In this document: in pieces, positions 51,901 through 64,000 of the stretch
Layout of the letters: each line of letters opens with the position of its first letter
Position numbering within the stretch: the stretch's first letter is position 1
DNA from: Epiperipatus broadwayi
Lineage: Eukaryota > Animalia > Onychophora
Direction of reading: 5' to 3'
DNA length: 64,000 bases
Assembly: GCA_028023455.1 (NCBI GenBank)
Contig: JAQFVV010000003.1
Span: 19,654,001-19,718,000 of the forward strand
The notes under the pieces: model-generated
The model's input: only the letters and a program-made list of their open reading frames with translations
Databases searched by the model: none
What the model was told of the DNA's origin: nothing
Program-made: the position numbers and the translations under genes

Positions 51901-54900
51901 TATACAGTATCAGAGTATTATTATTATTATTATTATTATTACTGCAGCATCAATGGTGTTAACAAAGTTCCTTTGGGTTTAACTTTTTATTGAAAAAAGT
52001 AATATAGGTGCATGATATTTTATAAGTAAGTACATCCATATAAAAATCCTCTTCTTCGTCATTTTTCTACTTTTAGTATCTTTTAATTTGAATGACTAAT
52101 CTAATCTAATATACCATCAATTTCCACAATGCTGTTTATCCGCTTTTTATTTATAATGAATTCCATTCTACTTGTGCTTTCAATATTTATGACTTTGTAA
52201 CAAAGAACACCACTTTTTAAATCATTTTTTCACCTTATTTTTAAGTCCAACAATATCCTATTTAATATTACACAGTTATACTATTTAATGCAATCTTTAT
52301 TTATTTGAAAGTGATCTGCATTTGTGAGTAAATAAATGACCATTATCAAATGACAGTCTGGATCACAATCAAAGGATTTTTAGCATCTTCCAACTTCAGC
52401 CGCCAACCATGGCCTTGACTGGCAACTTTATAGCCTCATAAAAATATCATAATTTAGTTTTGTCTTTCGTGATTGTAAACAACTATTAAACATATAAAAA
52501 AATCATTTACACTCACATTCATCCTGCAATTGTAAAGAAAAACCACAGTACTTTTTGATCTTAAATTCAGAGGTAAAAGTCAATACACACTCTGTGATGG
52601 CTGATGCTCTATCAGTGACCAGTCTATCCCCATTTGTTTATTATGTGAATAAATATGCAGTAATATCAACTGCTTTGGTCCTTTAAGGCCCAAAGAAGAA
52701 ACAAATGGTCTTCTTCTTTCAGTTAACAGCAAACTTCTTTCTACATCAACAATTCATAATACATTTCTATATATATATCAATATTTATTCATATATTAAT
52801 AAAATAACCATTGAGGAAATATAAAAATAAATATTGATATATATTATTGGAGTACTAACAAATTGGGATTCAGACATACATAATATAATTAAAGAAAATG
52901 TAATTACAAACATTATTTTAGACCACTTAAAATTTGTTCAGATAATAAAATATTACAAAGTGAAATTGAATTAATAAAAAAGGAACAATTATCATTGATA
53001 TAACAAATAAGCTTGCAAACATTAATAAATTAAGAAGTAAAATAATAATTAATAAAAATAATTTACATAAGTTTTATGATTAATAAAAATAGTTATAGTA
53101 AATTAAGAAAAATAAGACATAAATAAAAAATATAAACATTAAAATGTGTATAAAAAAAAAAAAAACAATATGGTTAATTTAAATAATAAATATGAAATTA
53201 TATATCTATTATAAAAATCACAACAGAAAGCTAATTACATTGACACAAACAAAAATGAATTAAAAATAAGATTTAAGTAACATATCTATGCATGGTATAA
53301 ATTCTATAAAACATTTACATTCTAAAAATAAAAAAGCACAGTAATTATAAGATTAAAAAGATAGAGGATATAAAAAAAAAATTATTGAAAGAATGATTAA
53401 AGTAAAACAAAACTTTACATTGATTAACTTAAATCTATTCTTAATAAAAAATGTATTTAGTTAGGGGTGTTTTTATGTTGTATAGGAATTAATTAATTTC
53501 ATCTTGAATTTAAATAATTTCTTAGGATAGGAAATATTTACAGTAAATTCTTATAAAATTAATTTTAAATAGATTTGAAGACAAGTGTTCTATAAAAATA
53601 TGTTTTATACAGTTTATGTATTATAAGTCAGATTTATTTTGCAATGTTAAATTTTAAAAATATATATTTTATATAATACTAATTGTATCAGCTGCTTTGC
53701 TAGCATTAATATAGTAATATTAAAAATAAAAGTATTAAAGAATATAATATAGTTGATAATTAAAATGCATTTCAGATTTATATATATAAGGAGGTTGTAT
53801 TCTAAGCATTAGAAATTTTTAATGTTTTATTATTATCTAAATTGCATTTTTGAAGTATTGAATATTAAATAAAATTTGCCCTAATTAATCCTTTTCATTT
53901 CTCTAGCTGTCCTCTCGCTTAATCTTCTAACCAGTGCCTACGCCCTTATTGTGTTCTAGCTGAATCCTCAGTTAGTAGAAAGTTTGATAATTGAAATATA
54001 TTTACATATTATCTGAATTTGATTTCTCTAGCTGTACCCCCCCCCCCCCTTTAGTAGAAACTTTCATAATTAAAATATAATTATGTAATATTTACATGGA
54101 ATAATTATCACTGGTATAATCACAAAAAAAGATAACTTTGATTAAATACAAGGAATACTAATTTTAAAGTAAATTATACTTCTCATGATAATTTTTTAAA
54201 TGACTGAAATTTTAACATCATGGTATATGCAAATGATAAATTAAATATGTGGTCCAAACAAAATTTCATTATTTTAAAATAGATTTTAGACAGTAAAATT
54301 TTATCTTGGATTACCTACAACAATAATTCATTTCTGTAATATGTATTTTAATACTCTGGCCACATTTTCCATCTTTAAACTTTTAATCAGTGCTATTCTT
54401 TTTTTTTTTTTTTTGCATTTTTATAATGTCATTAGAAAATGGTGTTATTCCAATGCATTTTTATATTTCAAATTATCAATGTTTTTAAATAATTAATATA
54501 AAGTAAAAATTCATAATCTATAAAATTCTCCACAAAAAAAAAAAAAATCATGTAAAATTCATTAAGATTGTTGCAATATTTGTTGAATTGTAAAGTAACA
54601 AACAAACAAACAAATATAATTTTATTAAAATCAGTCAACATCAATAACCATCAACAATTTCAACATGTTGTCAAGATAACCTTTTAACATTAAAGGTGGA
54701 ATTCCACCTTTATTTATAATATAAATGTATGTGTTTTTGTATTATATATGTTTTTGATGTTTAGTTTTTCTTTTACTGTTAAACATTTCTGAAATCTTAT
54801 TGTAGCTTTTGTCTTGATAAAGATTATTGCAATAATCTTTATTAAGGCCAAGTTACAAAAAGATTTCAGAAATTTGATAGATGTTGATCTTTTAATCATA

Positions 54901-57900
54901 TTTTAACATAATACAATGCTGTTTTAATTTCTCTGCAGCAATTTTTTTTCTGAAAATTTTGACACCTTGTCTAATTTTAGTTTTCTGTTGTATTCTATAG
55001 ATCTTTAGCTATGCTTTAATGAAAGTAATATTTTTTTAGAATATCTAAGGTAATCTTAATGACTTAAATGGAATTTGTCTCTTCTACCAAGCTCACACTT
55101 TATCCTGTGATGATGTCCTTGTAATTGTAGATTCAATATCACATTTTTAGAATATTACAGACCATTATTAAGTGAATTTTTTTCAGCATCTTTTTTTGTT
55201 ACATCAATATGAAGTCCATTTCTCTATATACAATTAGTATAGTTGAAATAGTTATATCGCAACAAAATATCCTATTTTTAAACTTGGTTGCAACAGCAAC
55301 TTATTGGATTCTGTATTGCATCTGAACATCCAAATCTACTTTTCTTTTTAAAAAACTGCCAAGCTGAGATGAATTTCATTGTACGATAACAAACTTGAAA
55401 TAATACATAAATTGATTAAGGAACTAATTAAAGTCAAAAGTACTTCAGAAAAGGATAAGGAAACAAAAGAAGAGAGAGGTTATAAATTGATAGGAAAAAA
55501 GGACTGGGCACTACATTTTACAAGCTTGTATTCGTCCAAGTGAAAAGTTGATTTTTTTCCCTTTAGATAAAGTACGAATTTTTTTGAGTTTTTAATTATT
55601 AAAAGCAAATTCTTTTTGAGTTGCATTAAGAACATTTTATAATAATCCTTTCAATTAGTTTATAATAACATAATCATTAGTATACTGTAAATCCAGAAAC
55701 AAGAAGACAATTTTGTAATTAATTCACATTAAAAACTCCATATCAAATCTTTATTATATTTGTTTGCCTGCTTCGTGAAGCCATTCCTATAAACTATTTC
55801 AAAAATCTCTGCTACAAAGTTGGAAAACAGAATTAGTTTAACACCATTTTGTTTCAAATGTCTAAGATTTTGTAATGACATTAATAATGTGTTCTCTCAT
55901 ACAATCATGTAATAGATCTACATAACATACAAACTTTTTGATTAAGTGAATTAAATGATATGACTAAATCAATAGAGAATAATATATAAATCACTTTTAA
56001 TTACATTTTTTTAACCATTTGTCTGTAATATGATAGAGGTAGATACATTTATTCTTATTTTGATTCTCAAATATTATACTTTCTAGTGACCGTTCATCTT
56101 AAAATTCATGAAAATAGTATTGTTGCTGTTAATGATAATGATATTCCATAATAATTATTAAAGATTTATATTTTTATAAATAAAAACAAAACATTTTAAA
56201 ATCAAGTGGAAAAATTTTGGGAAAATATGTATTCCTAAAAATTTTCAATAGTTTAATGTTTTCTCAAGTATTCTATTAAATCCCTCAGCAGCAGCATTTC
56301 CATCCACTGATTTAATAGGATTATGATATTATTTTTCAAGTCTGAATATTATTTTTCAATGAGCCACAAAAAAAAAAAAAAATCTTAAAGTGACCATAAT
56401 CATCAAATGACTTCTTTAATCTATCAATTTATTTTATGTTTTCTTGCAAATTGTTGATTTTTTCCCCCTTTAAATCCTTATATTGTTTATGAAATTCCAT
56501 ATTTTATTTATAATTTTTCCAAACAGGGAATGCTTTTTTATTATTATCAATAGTATAATTACTTAAAAACAAATTTGCTCTTATCCTCAATACACTCTTT
56601 CCTAACATTTTGTGCACCAGTTTGAAAATCTAAATTAGTAATTTTAATGTTTAATTTCTCTTTGATATTTGACACACAAAGTAATTGCTTCTAAAAAATG
56701 AACATCAAATTTTGTATCAGTATGCTTAGACTCAGACCTATCTTTTTATTACCATTATCATTTTAATCTTGAGGCATGCATTAAATTCTTATGTAATTTT
56801 GATTTCTTTTAGATTCTGACTCCTAATATTATCACATTTTATAATAAACATTGTTTTGAGTATAGATGCATCTAAATTTAAAGTATTGTGACTGTCCATT
56901 ATTGTATTGTGCAAAAATTCAATAGTAACAGGCCAATTGATTTCAAGAGCTAGTATCTTATTTTCAAAATTGTTGAGCCATAAGTTACTGTTCCTATTTC
57001 TGTTAAAATCTAACAAGATAAGTTCAGTCTTTTTGATAAAATAACTGCAAAGAATAAATGTTTATTTTTTTCCTCTGAATTTTTTATTTAAAAATTATAC
57101 TTATAAGCACTTATAAAATAGTTTCAGATTGTATTGCTTTTAATAAATTTTTAATATTATTAGCCTTTTAATGGTGCATTTAGGAATTCTAAGATTAGAA
57201 AATCCTCACTGGTAATTTACCACTATGCATTTTTTTTTTATTCAGTAATTTGCTTTTTAAAATAAATTACAGCCATCTACATTTTCTATTAAATTTCCTT
57301 CTCCAGAAATAGTTTCTCTAAAAGCAGTTACATTTATGTTTATAAAAATTCACTTCGAGCAAAGTTCATGTATTTCATACATCTACATTTAGAAAAAAAA
57401 GTACATTTACTATTAGGTTTGCTATTATTATTATTACTGATATGACTATTTTTACCTATTAGATAAGCAATTTTCCAAGTGTGATAACTTAACTATATTT
57501 TGTGAATCTGAGCATTTAAAACATCTTATAGGTTTTTGACAATGGTTTTGGGAGACAGATTCATAAATAAAATTGACAAAATTTATAAATATTTACTGTC
57601 TTTAAACATTGTATTTCATTCAATATCAAGCAAATCACTTCTTTTACACTTAATTTTTAACATTGCTAAAATTAAGTGTAGAGGAGAGATGATTTGCTTG
57701 ATATTGATTTCAACAATTTTAATTATAAATAATATGTAGATAGATAGATAATATTTATAATGTTGAAGTATTCTTAATAACAATTATGTGTTGTCAATAA
57801 ACATTTAAAAAAATCAAATCAAATTGAAAAATGAAGCCTTATAAGAATTCAAATTGTTACTCTTAACAATTTTATCAACTATATGATAGCTCTTTATTCC

Positions 57901-58641
57901 CAGTCCAATACCTACAGTCAAACATTATATAGATTTTAAATCTTTGATGTTTAATGCAGAGTGCAAAGATTTTATATTGTTTATTTAGATATTGCATACA
58001 TGTATGTGAAATAACTAATAAATCATTTTGTATAAAAAGTGATAATGCAATTTTTATTAATATTATTATTTTTGTCAGAATGCAAAGCATTAAGCAAATC
58101 TGTTACATTAACATTTTATTTATTAAATGATTTCATGGCGAGAACTAGTGATTACAAATATTGTAGGCATTGTGGACTGTCAGTAATTTTGAGTTTAGGA
58201 TTAGATGGCTTTAATTAGTGACACAGATCAAATAACCGATGTTAAATGCTGTGGTAAACTTTTTTTTTAAAAAAAAAAGTCAGTGAAACAGTTTTATCCA
58301 TTACATATTAACCCCCAATACTTCCAATCCAACAACTACATTCCAATTTCTTATAGATTTAGAGATTTTAAGGTTTCACTGAAAAGTATAAATATGTGTT
58401 AATATTATTTAGGATCTATGAAGTAAATTGACTTTTTGTATTGTTATTTATAAACAAATAACAGAGTATTCTTTTCATCAATTTCATAATATAATTTTTT
58501 AAAAATCTCATATCTTGGTTGATAACATCAGTTTCCTAAATTAACATTATGAAATTGATAAGGATCATCTTATTGTTATTTGTTTATATGTATATTATCT
58601 ATACTCATGTTTTGTTATTTTATTTAGTAGATTTCCAACTC

Positions 58642-58689
58642 ATGTCCTGGAGTAATCCTTACAGTGGCTACGGAGGAGCTCATCAGCAG
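58642..58689 (+). CDS. Candidate first coding exon (MSWSNPYSGYGGAHQQ) of the plus-strand host gene; exon 58631-58689
   Basis: Acceptor ttatttagtag, ATG at 58642, donor CAG|gtaaat, GC-rich codons amid AT-rich flanks. Confidence 0.5.
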
Positions 58690-61403
58690 GTAAATAATAT
58701 TTGTATGGAAAAACTTTTTTTGCATTATTATCATCATTATGTAATGAATGGCTGGCATCATACATCAATCTAGACCAGTGATGATGAACATTTTTAAATG
58801 CTTATGTGAAAATTTACAAATGATATTTATCAAACTATTGACATGCCAAACAGTTTTTCAATAGAAGAAATTAGTAAAAAAATATTTATTACAGAATTTT
58901 ATTGAAATAATTTTAAAAATTAACATAGAATTTTACAAAGATGAATTGTCATAAATGAATGAGATTTTTTGCTGCTATACATTAGATGCTAAATGCTTTA
59001 CATCAGAATCAGGTTTTGTCACTTTTAATAGTACATGCTAAACTAGATTCATAAGTCATTCTATTTGGGTGAATCTGTCTTTTATAAAATTAATTAGTAA
59101 AAATAATTCACATGCATAAGTTGAGGAAAAAATTGATATATAGTTGTTGCTAGTGTATTTAAATAACTGAACGTCTTGGGAATGACATTTTTATTACACC
59201 AATAATTGATCATTTCTCAAATCAAAAAACTTTTGTTTCCATATAGAAGTGGATTGAAACTTGATTAATTGTAACTCTATATCATCTAAATTCAACTACT
59301 CAAGAATTTTCAGTTGAGTTTATCTGCAGATATTTTGTTGTTTTTCAATTGCTAAACTATGTAAATTTTGAAGAAAATTTGTTGATTATGGATTTAATCT
59401 CACAGTAGAAAACTCTTGCATCAATTTATCTTGGATTCTCATGAGATTCTATATCTGCCAAAAATATTTTTGTACAGTATTTGGAAATATTTAAAGGTAT
59501 TTACAAATAATAGCACAATTAAAAAATCCACTTTAGCTTTGAATACTTTAAAAAAAACAACAACATTCAAATTGCTTTATTCTTTGAAAGTTCGTAAGAA
59601 GTTTGAGTGCTGGAAGTGCCAGCATCAGAATCAATTCTAAGAATCCATATTCCATTATCTGCTACTTAACTATAGAGCTAAATAGCACAGGATTTATGCT
59701 TTGATTAAATCCAACATGACAATAATTGTATTATTAACATCTTGCAGTTTAATATTTTATTCATTTATAAAAAACATTAATTTTGAAAGTTAATTCAATT
59801 GGTATCCATTAATTAACTATATTATTCAATGATAATCTCATTATGTGAAAAAAAGTCTATTTTCCTCTCAACAAATCTTTGAAGAACTTTTCAATGATTT
59901 AATCATCGGACATTATTGTATATAAGTAAATCATTATATGATGAATTTAACTCACTCAATAGTTCTAAGAATTTTCATTTATTTAGAGAGCATACAGATA
60001 TAAAATTGTTTAATTTTATTACAAAGCTCATATCTTTCAATATCTTTAAACACTTAGTACATAAAATTTGCTGATATATAATACAGTGAAAAAAACAAAA
60101 TTGCATGTCTATTATTTTAGATAAATGTATTGACAAAACCATTTTCCTATCAATTGTGAGCACCATCAGTTATGTCAATATAATTTTAGAAATATTTATT
60201 TCTTTTTTAATAATTGCAAATATGTCTATTCCTTTTGTTGTTGCTAATGATGATAAACTGTTAAATTCTTCATTGATAGTGTCACCAACATAACAATGAC
60301 TAAAAATAGATAAACAAATTAATTCAGTTATGTCAATAATCTCATCAAAATAAAGAAAAATGAAACAAAGATTTTATATCTTTTTTTTTTTTTGCCATTT
60401 TCAAAATTATAATCTTTTACCATATTTCTAGCCAAAGGCGTATCTTTTAATTCTTGAATATTTTTATTTTCCAAATCTTCAACTATGTTTCACCATTGCC
60501 AAAAGTTTTTTTATATTTGGCAATTAAGTTTGAGGTAATATAACTAGCGGCTGTTGTATTTGATTGACGACTGAGCATTTTTATTTTTAATGGCCTATGC
60601 AATAAATTATTTTTGTTTTCCTTTACTTTTATCAAGAAGAGATTTGTGGTTTATTCTATAATATCATTTTACTGACAAGGTTGGGCTCATTGTTCCACAT
60701 CATAAAACACAAATGCTTTATTGATGTTATTAATCATGTCATATTCTTCTATCTACCAACTTTGGAATTCTCTGTTATTTGATTCCAATAATTTTATTTT
60801 TTTTCTGTTTGTATTGGCCATGTTAAGTAGGAAAAAATATTGATAAAAATCTCTTTGTAAAAAATAATTAAAAAAATTATTTATATATATTATAATGGAA
60901 CCAGGTGGATTACCATAGGATGATGTAAATAAGACTCAATAATTGGATGATTTGAACACAATGTGTCAAACAACCTACAACAAGTCATATCCTGAAATCC
61001 ATGATTCGACGTCCCATTTGGATGCGCCAGGTATTACTGAATCAGAAATGGCATATAATAAAGGGAGCGCATCTCACTACTGGCAGACCTAAGCCCTAGA
61101 GTAGGATGCTAGGAGTTGTCACGATGAAATGCTTAGCTCCAATCCACATCTACCTTTAGTATGCTAGCTCATAATTTACTTAAGCCATTTCAATGTAATT
61201 TGAACTAGTGCATTATTTATTACATTTCCCTTTTTAGGTCCCATTACACCACAGAATTCAAACTCAGGGAGTACTTGCAGTTAGCTCTCTTAGGGATGGA
61301 CTTGCTTAATCTTCGACCAAATATGCCTACGTATAAGTAAAGATCAGTATATTTTTCAATATGAACTTATTAGTGGTAACCAATCATTTAGGAGAGCAAA
61401 AGC

Positions 61404-61509
61404 TGCACAATGATGGTGATGATCAAACATTTAATGGTGTAAATGCATAATGATGGTGATGATCAAACATTTAATGGTGCAAATGCATAATGATGGTGAT
61501 GATCAAACA
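61404..61509. repeat. 40-bp tandem repeat, ~2.6 copies
   Basis: tgcayaatgatggtgatgatcaaacatttaatggtgyaaa starting at 61404, 61444 and 61484. Confidence 0.95.
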
Positions 61510-61536
61510 GAGATCAGATTGATTTTAACAACTCCG

Positions 61537-61660
61537 TAACATTTATTAATAAACTATAATGTGTAATAGCACATATTTACAGAAAGAATATTAAGTTAAC
61601 ATTTATTAGTAACTATAATGTATCATAGCAAATATTTACAAAAAGAATATTAAGTTAACA
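61537..61660. repeat. 59-60-bp tandem duplication
   Basis: taacatttatta...aagaatattaagt starting at 61537 and 61597. Confidence 0.9.
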
Positions 61661-64000
61661 AGGATGTCCTTCTATCATTTTGAGGGCTTGAAACAATAAA
61701 TCTCCCTGGTCCAGATTTCATGATAGAAGTCTTCCTCAAGCAATCTTTATTTACAATAGAGAAAACAAAATGATTCAAAATAAAGCATATACAAAATGAG
61801 ATTAGATAATTCACTAAATATATAATAACAAAAGAAAAAGCAATTTGAGAGTTCAGTAATTCTAAGTCTACTCCATTAATATAATTATCACAATGATGTT
61901 TATTTGTTGGAGTAAATATATTTATAACTGTTTTCAAAAAAAAAAAAGACCCACTCCCATATATATATGTATGTAAGTCATATTAAAGTTAGTGAAAAGT
62001 AACAAAAAAACCATTCACTCAAGTTGATTAATTGTGCACCCAGAAACAAAAACAATTACAAATAGATATTATTAAAACTTATTAATAAGTAATATAACTT
62101 TGTTTGTTCTAGAGTCTGCAATTAATGTTGATTATATTAAAACTTTACTTGAGATCGCTTTGATGAAGCAGTGTTGAAATTCCCAGAGGGATCTGTAAAT
62201 TTACCTTTATTAATAAGTATACATATTTACTGATTCTGATTCCTTTCCTCTTTTATATATCAACATATCGATACATTTCACATAACTGCTTCCACTCTTA
62301 AAATGCAGGTGACTGAATTTGAAGATGAAGTTGAATACACAAAGAAAAAAATAAATAAATCACAAAACGTGAAATTGCAAATAGAAATAACAAAAATAAA
62401 AAATCACATGAATAAAAAAAAAGAATAATAATACATATATCTCCTGAGGAAAACAAGCATTGTTCACAGCTATAAGTCTATATACCTGAATGCCAATCTT
62501 CACACATAACGTTCTTGTCCACTAACTTTGTTAATATCTATACACTCCATACTAGTTGATTAAAAACAAGCACTGACCAATTATTTCCCCTGAACACATA
62601 GCATAAATCCATTGAAGAGTGATATTCAGTAACACTTTGTAAAATTGACATTTTCATAGACAATTTTATAATGGCATCGAAGTTGGCATCGGACGCCTAC
62701 AGTAAATTTGTTTACCCCTAACACATTGCAATGATTACTTTACTATTAACTAATATTTATATCGTGGCTTCAATATATATAGGAAAATGGTTTAAAGAAG
62801 CAATCAATTTCTAGTAGTTTCACATTTCTTTTTCTTTATCTCCATAACAGCCGATTTAAGCTTTCTAGAACAAATTAAACCATTAGTTCGTTTCTGCTAT
62901 TTATATATTCAAGTTTGTTGTTTTAACAGTTGAGATTAAATTTCTACTTTCCTTCTATCCCAATGATAAAGGTTTTCTATTAATTTTTACGTATAAATAT
63001 TAAATTTTGAAATTTATATGCTTACTGTTTTTAACGCCAAACAGTTTTTTTTTAATAAAAATAAAAGACTTTTCTTTATGTTCTGATGGTTTAGTTGTTA
63101 GACCAGACAAGTGAAAATCGAGAGTCTGTTTTCTCATGCTTCTTCATTATTCAAACTCGATCACCTAGCAACTATTTTGACCACATATGTTTTGACCTTT
63201 GATCATGTCTGTCTTATCAGTCAATTAGTGATTATTTTTGTTAGTGATATTAAGTGGGTTGTGTAGATAACAAATTTCTCTGCTTTCAAGGTGTACAAAA
63301 AAAAAAGAAAAAATTAATTTCTCAAAATAGACAAAAATATTAGTTTATATGTATGTTTCATGTATATGAACTGGTATGTAGGATAAATTATTTGCTTAAC
63401 AATTAGCCTGAATTCAAACATTGAGAAAAATTGGGATAGGCGTGATGGTTGTTTGTAAGTCATCCATTACAATATAAATGTAATACTTAGACTTTAAATG
63501 CATTCTTACCATAGTGTCTGTTTCTATATTATGATCGGTACACTTATGTGCAAAAAGTGCATTTGCCACTTTCTTTGCACTCTTCTGGTACACAATGCAG
63601 TGTATGCTGCTAACAGACACACAATGCATCCATAATTATAGGTAGAGAAAGAGATAGTCTGTAACAAAACAGAGTGTGTTATGGCAAGGAAAATAAATTT
63701 TTGTTCATTTTTCTCGCACAAACAAAATTTCATAATTGTTATTAAATAATTTTAATAAAGTACGAAGTATGTGATGTGGTGTGATGCACTGTGACTTCTC
63801 CTTAAACGGAGTCAGGAATCTCTCAGCAGCTATGGTCAGAGAAACATGTTAGCCACTTTACCTTCATTTTCCATTGTCCACCCTAAGTTTTTCCATAATC
63901 TGCTCCATCCCATTTCCACAACATAATCTTTGTTAACTCCATGACCTTCATATCTAAATCCCCCTTATCTTTTCCCAAACCTAGCATAAAAACCAATAAC

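Larger units (their letters stand above)
49300..52760 (-). mobile_element. RTE-clade LINE, decayed, with an internal deletion and a nested PLE
   Basis: SMRKGKAPGNDRI..AGEEIEKLLAKLYTKCL..KKG.KKDIRNYR near 50430-50640; LFNFADDVIVF near 50010; endonuclease and 5' UTR at 51950-52760 homologous to 10640-11500. Confidence 0.85.

Noticed and set aside
52560-52760. HDV-like ribozyme in the RTE 5' UTR (also 11280-11500)
   Set aside because: Known for some RTE elements, but these copies are too decayed to fold a nested double pseudoknot by eye.
53900-53980. CTGAGGA on the minus strand as a hammerhead core
   Set aside because: No stem II closing onto a nearby GAAA.
61404-61509. 40-bp repeats as a CRISPR array or C/D snoRNA cluster
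   Set aside because: Head-to-tail units with no unique spacers, eukaryotic context, and no properly placed D box or terminal stem.
60895-63640. Frames at 60895-61130(+) and 63500-63640(-) that read protein-like if TAA/TAG were Gln (alternative genetic code)
   Set aside because: TAR stops are expected from C-to-T decay and AT richness. The tRNA and transposon content looks metazoan, and there is no conserved gene here to test reassignment.

Overview
AT-rich, intron- and repeat-rich eukaryotic DNA, most likely animal (animal-type tRNA-Gly remnant; RTE, Tc1, pogo-like and Penelope relics). No complete protein-coding gene is readable. A probable CpG-retaining bidirectional promoter lies at about 44.2-45.4 kb, with only weak exon candidates elsewhere. 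Most listed ORFs are noise or decayed transposon frames. The standout signal is a dense set of minimal type I hammerhead ribozyme (HHR) motifs found by eye. (1) One Penelope-like (PLE, GIY-YIG) family ends, in four separate insertions (five motifs), in a non-canonical HHR whose core C3-G8 pair is replaced by A3-U8 (once G3-U8), with an extra U after position 9. (2) A non-coding 454-nt repeat ('family A') carries a canonical minimal HHR and occurs as TSD-flanked, terminally redundant and inverted-dimer insertions, like a non-autonomous retrozyme. (3) A ~376-nt tandem/inverted array ('family B') holds four decayed HHR motifs. (4) A second PLE family has its own decayed terminal HHR. All structures were derived by hand; activity and novelty are untested.
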